Source: Raillietiella orientalis
Taxonomy: Eukaryota
Length of the DNA: 64,000 nt
Direction: 5' to 3'
Assembly: GCA_036172245.1 (NCBI GenBank)
Contig: JAYWIR010000055.1
Span: 372,001-436,000, forward strand
Shown: piece by piece, positions 12,901-24,800 of the stretch
Numbering within the stretch: the stretch's first letter is position 1
How the letters are laid out: each line of letters begins with the position of its first letter
Notes under the pieces: generated by a model
What the model was told of the DNA's origin: nothing
Database searches by the model: none
Seen by the model: only the letters and a program-made list of their open reading frames with translations
Position numbers and translations under genes: made by a program

Positions 12901-15900
12901 ACCCCGTCGCCGCCGGCTCAAACTTGGCGGCCGCGGGCAAAGTTTCGATGGCCGCGATGGCGCAGACCTCTCCGTCGCCCGCGCAGGCTGCCTTGGTCCT
13001 CGGGCGGCCGCTGCCGCCCGAGGGGAGCCGCAGGAGGGGTGGGGTGAGGAGGGCAAGAAGAGGGCGGGCGCGTCCAGAGACGCCCTCCCTCCACCCGCCG
13101 GCCCCATTCAGAACAACCCTGAGGCGGCGCGGACCTTTTCGTGGCCGAGGGCGGGACGAGTAGGGGTCGGCGAAGGGAGGAAGGTCATGCGCTCAGGCGG
13201 AAGGACTTTGGCCGGGCCACCTTGGGCAGGGGCGGCGCGCACCGAACTCTTCCTGTCTGCCGGTAGGGACTCGGGGGATCGTTCCTGCCTCCCCTCCTTC
13301 CCCCCATCGCTCGCGGCGCACTCTCGGAAGCAGCAGGAAGGCGGGCCGTCCCGCCGCCACTCCGGGATCGCGGCGGGACGGCTCGCCGCAGTGGGGCCGG
13401 CAGCGGTCGGGAGCGTTCCTCCCCTCCCCCCGTTCCCCTCCCTTCCAGAAGCGCGTCAGAAGTCGAGGGGATTTCGAACCGGGCGGAGGCCTCTTCCCGG
13501 TTCCTCGGAACGGCATTCGCTCAGAGCGCGCCGGGATTAATGGCCTGGATAATGACATCGGCTCCTGGAATCTTTTCCGAGCCCTGATTTATCGGACAGC
13601 GACGCCTCGTCCCCCCGCTAACGACGTGCTCATTGGCCCCATAAATCTCCCCCGGATGCGCCGATGCGTCATAACGCCAGTCCGTCACTCCCCCGCCCGG
13701 GACATTCCCGGCGGCGGGAGCGCGCGCGTTATTGCCGCATCATCCGGCAGGAACATCGCCGCCGCCACCAGGAGGAGGAGGAGGAAGAAGAGGAAGGGAA
13801 GAGGAGGAAAGAGCGAGGGGGAGGAGTAGAGGAGGTGAAGGAAGGAAGGAGGAAAGGAGCAGGAAGGGAGGAGAAGAGGAGGAAGGAAAGAGGAAGAGTA
13901 GTAGTAGTAGTAGTAGAGGGGTGGAGGAAGGGAGGGGGAAAGGAGAATAAGGAAGAGGAAGAAAGGAATCGCGTGAAAGAGGAAGAAGAGGAAGGGAAGA
14001 GGAGGAAAGAGCAAGGGGGAGGAATAGAGGGGATGGAGGAAGGGATGAAGAAGAGAAGAAGGATAAAGAAGGGGAAAGAAAAGAGGAAGTAGCAGGGAAG
14101 GAAGAGGAAAAGGAGGAGGAGAAGAGGAGGAAGGAAGTCCTTCCGGCACTCCTGCGGACAATCCCGGCGGAAGAGCGGCCGTCCCGGTGCGGCGCCTCTT
14201 CCTCTGCGGGCAGGATCCACGTGGCGGCCAGATGCAGGGACAGGAAAGCAATGCAACAGTGCGGGGGCGGGGGGCGGCAGCGGGGGCTTGGGGAGGAGGG
14301 CCGCCAGGCGTCCCCGCAGCAGCTGCTCCCTCGTGAAGCCACCAGGCGCCCTTCCGTCGGGCTCGGCTCAGAGGGGAGGGAAGTCCCGGCGGAGCTCCAG
14401 ACGCCCGCGCGCGAAGGGAGGAGGAGGTTCACAGGGCGCTCGCTCTGGGTGTCCCGAGACGGCGAGGCGGCGTGGCTGCGCGGAAGGAGGAGGGGTGGGG
14501 AGGGGAAGGGTCGCAGGCATCCAGCGCGGCGCGGATACACTCTTCTTGATGCGTGCTAAAAATAGAACGGGTTCGCGAGTGGCGCCCCCGGTTCCGCGGG
14601 CCGCAGCCCCTCGCCGCGGTTGTTTAGACGGCGAGGATGGCGCCCGGAAGCGAACCCTTCCGCGAGAGGGCGGCGGCAGCGATTCTTCCGGGCTTCCCCT
14701 CTCTTCCGGACGGACCGGGAAGCACGCGCGCGCGCCGCCAGGGTAAACAAACCGCGCGCACGCACGAGAGGGGGAGAGGCGCCTCCGCGTGTGCTCGGAG
14801 CGAGCGTGGTGTTTACACCCTCGGAGGCGCGCGCGCGCGTCGCCATAGCCCGCAGCTGCTCCGGACGCAACTTACTCCACCTGCCGGCAGCTTGCGGGTC
14901 TCATCTTCCCTTTCGGACAGGAACTACCCGGGTCTCCCACCCTCTTACCCGCCCAATGCTCCGAGACGCGCGCGGGGGAACGACCGTCTCTTCCTGTGTA
15001 ACGTCATCACTATGCTCGCTCCGAGACTGCGGAGGCAGTTGGCCCACCGAGGCCTCCGGGGCCGCGCGGGCGCCGTTCTCCGGCTCGTCCGCCTGCGGAC
15101 GAGGGCGAGCCGCAGCTTCCGCGGGCTTTCGGGGGGCGTAGCTCAAGCGGCGAGGCGTTTCCGGCCGAGGGCGCACGGCCCTCCTCCGGTAGAGAGGGGC
15201 AGTGGGGCTCGTCCGCCGCGAGCGATGCTGCCTTCGCGCCGAGGTCGAGGGGGTGTCCTTGGCCGCGGGCAACAGAGCGAGCCTTCCTCCTTCTGGACGT
15301 TCCCTCCCTCGGCTTCTCGGTGAGGCTAGCCCCATGAGGGGCAGCGACGTGGGATCGCCCCTCGTGCCCCCGCGCCCGCCCCGATGCGGCGGGAGAGACG
15401 CGGAGGCACCTGGGAGGTGGACGCGAAGGAGTCACCGCCGGGTCTCCCTGCTTTCAGGCAGGCGACACCCCTGGCGTGCGAGCCGCAGGCGCTTTTCCTT
15501 CGGCCGAGGCTGCCCTGGGACCTGCGCCGGCCGGATCCCTTCCCCATGTCTAAGGACCGTCACTGCTTCTCTCGGCAGGCAGGAAGATTTTCTGTGCCTC
15601 TGTTGAGATGTCGCGAGTCGCGCCTAGATGGCAGCACCACAGTTCACGCTTTGAAAAAAAGAAAAAAAAAGGGTTGAGGTGGTGTGTGTGTGTGTGCGTG
15701 TGCGCGTGTGTGTGTGTGGGGGGGGAGGGAAGCAGCAGTGCGGACGGGCTTTTTCCCTCTCGTTGCTAGACGATTCCGGGCGTTCGCCCAGAGGAAACTC
15801 GGGAATTCCTCGAGCGATCGCCCGCTCCCAGCCCCTCATCCCCTCCCTCACCGGAGCATCCCCCGAGTCGGCTCCTCCTCCTCCTCTCTCTCTCTCTCTC

Positions 15901-18900
15901 TCTCTCTCAGAGCGCGCCTCGCGGTCCAGCGTCTCCCTCCGGCACCGAGCGATGGCGCCTCCCTCTGGCTCGAAGCCGCTGCCCTCGCTAGGGCGCCCAG
16001 TCAAGGAGGCGGCGACCGGCCCGAGGGACCGCCGCCGCCGGGGGGTCTCCTCCTCCTCTCTCATCGGCTTCTCCTTGTTACAGGTGAATGGGGAGGACGT
16101 GACCTCCACCCCGAAGGAGGTGGTGCTGGAGGTCCTGCAAGGCGCCAAGGAACCGATCCACCTGGAGGTCCTCCGCTGCGACCCCGCGACCCCTGCCGAG
16201 GCGTCTGGAGCCTCCGGCGGCGAGGAGGAGGACGGCCGGCAGCCTCCCGGGCTGGTCTCCATGGGGGTGCAGACGGACGTCACCGCCCTATGGGACGTCG
16301 AGGACGACTTCCAGGGGACCTTCGGCGGCGTGGACCTCGCGTCCCCATCTAGTCAGGACCCGGTGACCCTCATGGGAGACGCGCTGGACGAGGCCGCCTC
16401 CGGCTACGGGCGCAACGACAGCTTCGAGGAGTTCCTGGAGCCGGACTTCGAGGTACGCGCTGAACCCCTCCCCACAGCTGGACCCCCTCGAAGCCTTGGC
16501 GGCGGCCGGGAAGTGCAGCCAGAGGGCTACTTTCCGGCCTAGGGACCGTCCCGATCGAGAGCAGGGGTCCAAGGGGTGCTCCCCTCCTCGCCCTCCCCGC
16601 ATGACGCATCGCTGACCGACGGGGGGAGGAAGCTGCCCGGAGGCATCCTCGTCCCGTGGATGCTGCTGGTCGGGAAGGCCGAGGGCACGCTCACTCTCTC
16701 CTCCCCTCGAACCCCGAGGAGACGACTTGAGCGGCAGCCAGGAGATCTTCGGATGACCCGGTAACCAGACGATCTCGTCTGTCCGGGCACGGGGGGAGAG
16801 AGGGGAGGGGGCGGGGTAAGAGACGGTGACTGCCTGCGCTGGGGCGTGAGGAAGACTGCCCTGGGGAAGGTCGCAACGAGCCGGGTCGCCCGGGATCCGG
16901 GGGCAGTTCCCAGCTGGAGAACAAGGGATAAGGGGCCGCGTCCGTCGCCCTTTCCGTCCGCGCTGACGGGGGCGAGAAGGGGACGGTCCCCCGATGCGCT
17001 ATCCGCACTCCTCTGGAGGAGACCCCTAGGGCTTCCGATCCTTCTGCGCCCTCGGGGCTTTTCCGATAGCGAGGGCGTCCTCCCAGGAGCGGGTGGAGGA
17101 CTGGGGATGCCCTTCCGCCGTCGCATACGGTGATGGCAGTGCTACCACCTTCGACGCCAACCGCAGTCCCAGGGAGCCAGCTCCGTGACCCACAAACCCC
17201 TCTCCCGGTGGCCGCCAGCCTGGGACTCCCGAGAGGGGTGGAGGCGAGCGAAAGGTGCGCGCTGGCGGGGTCTTCTCTCGCCCATCCTTGCGGGGAGGGT
17301 CATTCGGGGTGCACCTCGGCTGGCATCCTCTTGCGCCGCTCCCCGTCTCTTGTGGGGAGCACCGGAACGGAGGGCGCCCCGGGTGACTCTCCCTGGGAGG
17401 GGTGAGGTTTCAAGATGACGCCGAGAGACTCGTCCTTTCCTGCTGCGCCATCTCGGCGCTCCCAGGTTCTCGAGGTGGTGCTTCGGGCGACCGGACGCTG
17501 CTCTGGAGGCGGCGAGCGTCATCTTTCGGGGTTGCCCTGAGGGGCCGCTTCCGTCTGCGCCGCCCCTCCCGGCCCTTGTCCGCCGCCATGTGCTCGCCGC
17601 GCGAGCTCCCCTCGGATTCTGGTGCTGCGGTGGCGGCCCATTTAGGAAAGGGCGCAAAGGGAATTTTCGGGCTCGCGATGAACCGCGGCACAGCCCCAGG
17701 CGGTTGCTGCTGCTGCTGCTCCTCGCTTGACTCTCACTTGACCCCTGGTCGCCTCGGAGGTCACCCGACCAAATCAGGAGTCTCTCGCGCGCGCTTTTGC
17801 CTGCCTCCCGGGGGGAGTGGGGAGGGAGCGAGAAAAGGGGAGAGGGCGCGCGTCCCCTCCCGTCCCTGACCTCGCGGAGCCTAGCGGCGGGAGTCGCCGA
17901 AGACCCGTCTTTCGGCGCCCCCCGCACGCCTTGGGCTCTCCCCGATGTCCGGGAGCACCCGCCGTCCCCCACCTGTCCCGCTATCGAGCTTGGCTGGTCC
18001 TGGGGCACTGGTCAAGGAACTCGCCCCGAGGGGGAGGAGCACTCCCTCGCCCACCGTCTCTTCGTGGGACGGGAATGGACTGGGCATTGCACAAGGCCGC
18101 GTCAGTCCCCTCCCCCCCCCTCAAAGGGTTTCTCCGCCGGCCGGTCGGCCGTCATCCCCGTGGCGACGTGGGCGCTCCGGAGACGATTTCCGCTCGCGAG
18201 CCCCCATGCGCCTGCTGCCGCCCTCCAGGGATAGAACCCCGGAAGGTGGGGCCTCTCGGGGCAGAGGCGGCATTCCCGTCCCATCTCACGTCTACGCCTT
18301 CTCGTAGGAGGTCACGCTGCACAGGAGCAGCAGCCAAGACCGCCTGGGGCTGACGCTGTACTACACATCGGGGGACGACAGCGACATGGAAGCCTTCGTC
18401 ATGGGGGTGGTCAGCAACAGCCTCGCGGCCAAGGACGGGCGCATCCGGGAAGGGGACCAGGTGCTGCAGGTGGGTCGCCTCGCGTTCCCCCCTCCCCCGC
18501 TTCCCGGTCACCGGGAGCACCTGCGCGCCCCTCTTCTGTAGATCAACGGGGTGGACATCAACGGGAAGGAGGTGGCCGAGTCGGTGCTGTCGAGCTGCGG
18601 GCAGGAAGTCACGTTTCTAGTCTTTCGCGTGAAGCCTCAGGTGGGTTGCCCTCTCCCCCCTCCTCCTCCTACCGGTCGCCTGGAGCGACCGTCCCCAGCG
18701 CGCGTCAGTGGGCGGTTCTCCCCTCCCGCTCTTCCGTTCTCCCGCGGCGCGGATGAGCCTTTCCGGCCCGTGGCCCTGCCATGCGGCAGGGCCGCACTGG
18801 CCCTCCTCTGGCCTGCGCCGGTGACCCGATCGACCCCCAGGGCGTGGCGGGCCCTCCGCGCGCCCGAAAATTACTTTTGCGCCCTTTCCGGAGTGGGTCA

Positions 18901-20885
18901 CAGCTCCAGAATCCGAAGACCACGCACACCTTCCCACCTCATGGCGATCTCCCGGGAAGGCACTCCCTGAAGGGAAGATCCCTCCGGGTCGGGCGGCCGC
19001 TCCCGTGTTCGCTTCTGGCCGCTTCCTTCAGTCATTCCCCCGCGCCACAGTCTGACCTCCCTGCGTCCCTGGCCGAGGGAGTGCGCATCCCGGCGCAGTC
19101 TCCACTTGCTCCGAAGATGGCGACGAGGGCCTGGGGTAGTCGGGGGAGGAAGGGAAGACGTGGGCGGCACGTGGGATGATCGCTCTCCTCCGCGGACGCG
19201 CCCCTCGGACCGGGCCGGCTGCTGAGTGCGACTCCTCCCTTCCTCCTCTCCTCCTTCCCTCCACTTCCCCAGAATCCGAGATCGGACAGGCTCCATTTCC
19301 CCCCCCCCTTTCCTCCTCCCCCCCTCCTTGGTTGTAGGTACCGGCGTTTGAAGCCGAGGACGCGGGTTCCATGGAGAATTTCTCGAATCCATCTCACCAT
19401 GACAGTGGCGTGGGGCAGGAAAGCATCCGCAACGACCTCAGCGACCACGAGGAGGTCAACAGGTGCGCAGCTCGCCCGTCCCCCTTCTTCCTCCCGTCGC
19501 CAATGGAACGAACGAATCGTAGGTCGGCGGCCAACAGCGAGACCACGAGGTCGCATGACAGCTTCACGTCGAACGAGCTGGAGTACCCCGACGCCGTCGC
19601 GTCGACCACCAGCAGCAGCAGCGCCTCCAGGAAGTCCCACGACGATCCGAAGAGTCTCCTGACCCTGTCCCTGACCTCACGGTACCTCCAGAAATGCAAG
19701 CGCCTGGATCTGCGTTCCCCGATCCTGGAGTCCGAGGCGGACTCCAGCCCGGCGGCAGTGCCCAAGCCCGAGGTCAGGACGGCGGCGCCCCCGGGCGACC
19801 CTCCTGCTTCGTCCTCGCGGAAGCCGGAGGACGCGCACGCTCAGGGCGCCGCCTCGAAGAAGGCGGCGACCCGCGGCAGCCGCGGTAGCCTCGCCGCCGA
19901 CTTCCCGGACTGCGAGTCGGACCACGTCTACGAGACCATCCCGGAGGAGCCCTCGTACTGCCTGCCCTACGAGCCCCGGAAAGCCCCAGGGCGGTGCCGG
20001 AACGTCACGGGCGTCCGGAGCGGGTTCGTCCACAGCTCCGTGGAGCAGTGGCTGAGCCACTCCCTGGCGGCCCACAGGCTGGGAGAGGCGCCCCCGAGCG
20101 CCCCTGCCCTCTTCCAGGCAAGCGGGAACCTCTCAAGGAGGAGGCAGGAAGAGGGCGGCGGCACCAAGCTGGGCCGGCGCCCCCCGCGAACCCTCGACCT
20201 AACTGGCGGCACCTCCAAGGAGACCGGGATCCCTGCGTCCCATTCCACAGAGGACAGGCCCGATGGGGGGGAGGCGCGCCGCGTCGCTGCGGAGCACAGA
20301 GACCACAAGCCCCGATCCAAGTCCAGGGTCCCGGCCCTCACCCCCGACAAGCCCGTCTGTCCCGTCACCCTGTACACGACCCACGACAACCTCAGTCAGG
20401 CCATCTCCCTGACGCAGCAGCTGCTGCTGCAGCAGCTGCCGCAGGAGATGCGCTCCCGTCAGGCGATCGAGAGCCGCGGCGCCCGGAGCTACAAGGTCAA
20501 GGTCAGGTCAGATGGCACGCGGTACGTCACTAGTCGATTGGCGCGCAACCAGGTCCTCAAGGAGAGGGCGATGCGCATCAACGAGGAGAGGGCGGGGCCC
20601 ACCACCGACGACGACGCCGCGTCCGAGCTGAAAGTACGGTGACGGGCCAGGGGGGCCCCCGCGGCACGTCCCGTGGCGCCATCTCTCTCCTTGCAGCTGG
20701 GAAGATACTGGAACCGGAAGGAGCGGAAGAGGCACCTGGAGCTGTGCAGGGAGAGGAGGCTGCCGAGCAAGCCCAAGGCCGATCTCTGCGGTGGGCCCAA
20801 GTTCGGGAACGCCGTGCCCACGAGGAAGACAGCCACCGCTCCGGGTCTGTCCGAGAAAGCCCTACTATCTGTGACCACCGTGTAG
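9903..20885 (+). CDS. PDZ-domain scaffold of the PDZRN3/PDZRN4/PDZD4 (LNX3-5) family, Slo-interacting protein 1 (Slip1)-like, RING-less form; 714 aa (694 aa if 19463-19522 is spliced)
   Basis: Proposed join(9903..9932,16084..16452,18308..18469,18542..18640,19338..20633,20697..20885); all introns GT-AG and phase 0. It encodes a half-PDZ VNGEDV...[11 protein letters not shown], a full [22 protein letters not shown]...[23 protein letters not shown], then DSGVG, the family hallmark [13 protein letters not shown]...[30 protein letters not shown], and the C-terminus LLSVTTV*. These match PDZRN3/4 motifs as I recall them. Exon 1 ([10 protein letters not shown], donor AAG|GTACGT) is inferred and less certain than exons 2-6. 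Confidence 0.9.
13770..14135. repeat. Purine-rich (GGA/GAA) low-complexity tract with internal duplication and (GTA)n
   Basis: About 365 nt that are almost all A/G on the + strand. GAGGAAGAAGAGGAAGGGAAGAGGAGGAAAGAGC occurs at ~13781 and ~13979. Confidence 0.9.
15682..15718. repeat. Imperfect (GT)n microsatellite
   Basis: Seen directly, in intron 1 of the Slip1-like gene. Confidence 0.9.
15884..15908. repeat. (CT)n microsatellite
   Basis: Seen directly. Confidence 0.9.
16560..17330 (+). mobile_element. Possible L1/Tx1-like 3' remnant inside intron 2 of the Slip1-like gene
   Basis: GGLGMP (post-RT motif-like) followed by LPVAASLG...[15 protein letters not shown] (degenerate zf-RVT-like). Confidence 0.3.
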
Positions 20886-20938
20886 GGTGCTGCGGCGGCG
20901 GCGGGCGTGGGAGGGAGGAGCAGGAGGAGACCCGGACG

Positions 20939-20944
20939 AATAAA
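20939..20944 (+). promoter_or_regulatory. Candidate polyadenylation signal of the Slip1-like gene
   Basis: AATAAA about 50 nt after the TAG stop. It runs into a genomic A-tract, so it could also be chance or an oligo-dT priming site. Confidence 0.4.
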
Positions 20945-21849
20945 AAAAAAAAAAAGAAAAGAAGAAAAAAAGAGAAAGAAAAAAACTGGGGGGTAGGGGG
21001 GGGGGGTAGGCGATTTTGAGTTCCTTATTTGGTCGTTCGTTCGCACCACTGTCGCCGCCACCGGAGACCTCACGAAACGCTTCCGGTGCGGCTCTGTCTC
21101 GGCTCCAGGGCGGACCGGAGGGGCGCGGATGCTCGGCTCCGACGACAGGCGGCGCTGCTCGCACGAATGAGAGAGGGCAGCTGACATCCCGACACCCCTT
21201 CTCTCCTTGCAGGCGTTTCCCCACGCGGGGGAGGACGAGGGTTGGCCCGTCGAGTCTGCGCGCGCACCGCCTGCGGCCCTCCCCGACCGACCGTTTCGCT
21301 TCAGCCGGGAGCCGTGCGTGACCCGACGCTGCCAGGACACCGCTGCCCTCACCTTCCCTGGACGCCCGCTCCGCGTGCCAGAGCCGACGCCCGGCTGTGG
21401 GGAGGGAGAGAGGGGGTCGTCGACCTTCGCGCCCACCGGGTGGCACACGCGGAAGGAAGGGGTGACAACGAATGGCGGGGAAGGAGAGGGTTTCCTTGCT
21501 TTCCTTTCCTTCCTGCTGGGGACGTGGGTCGGCTAGCCCACTCCTGCCTTCTCCCTTGCCTTCTCATCGAGGGCACAACGGGGAAGTGAGCGTTGCTACG
21601 CCCCGGGGGGCGATCTCCTGCCGCCCTCGGGTGGCGTCCCAGTCTACTTCCGGTAGACGCTCCCGCTCGCCCGGCGGCGGGCGCCGGGCGTCGCGGGGAA
21701 GGAGCCCTCTTGCCGCTGCGGGGGAGGAGAGTGCTTGGACCCCGGCCACGTCCGCAGGGCGGTGCCTTGAGCAGTCCTAGGGATGACCTCAAGTGGTCGC
21801 CTCACCTGCAAACCGATGTCCGAAATGGCCGTGGCTCGAGGTCAAACGG

Positions 21850-24800
21850 GTGGCGAGAGCGGCGGTCTCTTTCCCTCGAAACTTTGGACGCCCTCCAGAC
21901 GGGCGACAAGGAAGGAAGCCCGGAGGGCACGCAATCTCGTCAGACGCCTGCCCGGAAGGCTCCCCTCCCAACCTCGAGGGAAGCCTGGGTGCACCGCAGG
22001 CGGAAGCGCTTTCGCAGGACTGTCGAGGTCGTGGAGTGCCCCGCGGCGGGAGGAAGAGAGGATCCGGAGGCTGCGCTCGAGACTGTCGGCGGGACATAGG
22101 GGAGGAGCGGACGACCCTGGGAGCAGTTGCGAGCGGGAGTCGGCCCGGAGCTCCCGGCTCCCGGAAGTCGGGTGCCCTTAAAATCGCTTCTTGCGTGGTC
22201 AGCTCCCTCTCTTCCGAGTCGCCGTGGCCTCCGGAAGATGCTGTCTGTGCGCTGTGCAGAGGGATCCGGCGCTAGGCACTCGCCCGGGGGTGCCTCACCC
22301 GTCTGCTCTTTCCTACCACCTGCTGCCGCTGTAGTACAGCTCAGCAACGCCAGGTCCACACGGCGCCCCGATCCACGGCAGAAGGCTTGCGTCACGCTTG
22401 GCTGAGAATCCCCAAGTGGACACACTCCCCCCGCCCCACGTGAGAAGACGTCCTCGGTCCACGACAGGATCGTTGCTCCTTTCCTCTCTCCCTGAAATGA
22501 GCCTGTGCCGGGCTCACCACGTGGACAGTTCCCTCCCCTCCGCTCTTCCAAAGAAGGAGTAGTGGTCATCACGTCTTGAGGAGCACCGCATCCCCGGTCG
22601 TCTCGCACCTCCCCGCAACGCCCTGCCGAGACTTCGTGCGTCGGTGACGTCCTGGACAAGCGAGTCGCCTCAGGCGGTGCTCGCGCTATCTCTGAGGAGA
22701 AACGCGAAGCAGCGCGGCTGGTAGGGTGCGCGCCGGTCTCGGCCGCCGCCTTCCCGACTTTCCCTCTGCACATCCTGACGCGGGCACGCAGCGACCGGAG
22801 GTTGCCGATTTCGGCATCCATTGCACGGGGTTGGGGGCGGGGGGGGGGGACGCCTGCTCGCTCGTTCTCTGGCTGCCGCACTTGTTAATCCTGGGGCAGA
22901 AGCCAAGTCATGGGGGCGCATGGTCATCGGACACGTGAGAACGCGGGCACGCAGGGGGGTTCCATCAAGAGGGCGGGCGGCCGCCGACCGCAGTCGAGAA
23001 CGCGCGCGGCGCTTTCGCGCACGAAACGGGCAGAGTTCTTTGATTCTTCTGCTCGGCATCCCAGGCCGGCCCCCTCCTCCCCTTCCTCGCGAGTCATCAG
23101 CCAGCCGTTCCGTGGGATGCAATGAGGCTGCTGCTCCCATCACACGCACGCCTATTTTCGATGTTTCGCTGGCGCGAACCGCTTGCACGGTCCTCCGCCT
23201 CCCCCTCCCCGCAGGCTACGGATGCTGGGCGGGCGTTTGGTCCCCCTCCCCCCGTAGCCGCCTTTGAGGTCGGTCTCGAAATTCTCTGTTCCGCTGCTCG
23301 TTACCTCTCCGGTCCTCCCCTTTTCCCCTTTCTTGCACGTGCGTGGAGATGCTGCTGCTCATTGTTTGCGTCTTCCATCTCCGACCCTCCTGAGGTCCTC
23401 CTTCGCCAGCTCCCGTCTCTTGCTCGCGGCGCTCGAGTCAGACTTGCTTTCCTTTGCCGCTGACCTCCGCCTCCAGAAGCGAGATCCCCGACTCCCTTCC
23501 CAGCGCCGTTTCTTGGAGACGACGGGGACTCCGCTGATGGGCGGCTCCTCCAGGGAGGCGTCTTTCGTTGGTTCCCTGACTGTCCCGTTTCGGGATGCTC
23601 CCTTTGGTCGCGTTCGGTCTCCACGTCCGCCCATCCTCCCCTGACTCAGGACACGCCGGGCTGAAGATTGGCCGGCCGCCTGTTTATTTCGCAGCCAGCG
23701 GACCAAATCCTCCTGGAGGAAAGCGAAGGAGAGGAGAGGAGGATGGGAGAGCAGGGGCACGGCTGGGGGCGCCTCGCTCCGCCTTCAGTTCCAGCCCTCC
23801 CGTGGGCAGTGGTCCAGATGCCCAGAATGATCTTCGAATCTGGACGGTGGTACTCTGCCCGCGGGTCTTGTTCCGCGTGAGAGAAGGAAGGGAGGCTCGA
23901 CCGAAGACTGCTCAACGGTGGCACGGGGGCGGACGACCCCGGGAGCGGTTGCGAGCGGAAGTTGACTCGGAGCCCCCCAGCTCCCGGAAGTCGGAGTGCC
24001 CTTGCTGTCGCTTCTTGCGCTGTCGGCGCCCTCCCGAGTCGCCGTGGCCTCCGTAAGATGGTGCCGACGAGCCTTGCCGGGGAGGGGGGGAGGGTGATCG
24101 CGACGCAGAAGCAGCAGCCCCCGTGTTGAGAAGGACTGTTCCTGCGCTTCCGCGTTCCTCGCGCAGCCGTGGCATAGCAACGGAGGCAGGGGCTCCCGGA
24201 CGTTCCCGAGCGGCGGTTTCTTCCGCGTGCCTCTGGTGAACCGAATCTTCCAGAGAGATCTTTCGGCTGCTCCCAGTCACTCCTCGCACTTTTACGGTCG
24301 CAGGGAGGGCAATGCGTTCAGGGATGACGTCAGAGGAGCACACACATAGCAACGGGATTTACAGCCCATTACGTGCCGATGGACCGATCCCGCTATCTCG
24401 GGACGAGCGGAGGATCATCCCGGTAAATTTCCTACGGGCTACGCCGTCCGATCTGGGTCGAAGATAAACGCCCTGGAGACCCGGGGGTCATATGGCAGCC
24501 TCTGCCGCAGCACTCGGGCTGCCAAGGGAGAAGGGCGTCGTCGTGGGCAAGGGCGAGTCCTCCAAAGCGGACTTGAAGCCCGTTTTGGCGAAGGCTCCCG
24601 ACTCCCCGGATTCGAATTTCGCGAGGGGAGAGAAGTGGTGACTCCAGAGAAATGGAGTGGGTGGGAGGGTGCGTCGTGGGCTTTGAGCATCTCCCACAGG
24701 ATGGCGCTGGTTTGTCTCGGGTGGTTTCGGGTGCGGCGGCGCAGGTGGACGCCGGATGCCCCCGTTGACCGGCCGGGATTGGAAGCTGACCCTCCCTCCG

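Noticed and set aside
13664..14256. Glu/Lys/Arg-rich and Pro/Leu/Ser/Phe-rich ORFs
   Set aside because: They are translations of the purine-rich low-complexity tract.
211..15600. Many long ORFs (e.g. 2710-4533, 607 aa; 4212-5720, 502 aa; 9141-10325, 394 aa)
   Set aside because: They are Arg/Pro/Gly/Ala-rich, overlap in all six frames, run through homopolymer and microsatellite tracts and show no domain motifs. This is expected from stop-codon scarcity at very high GC.
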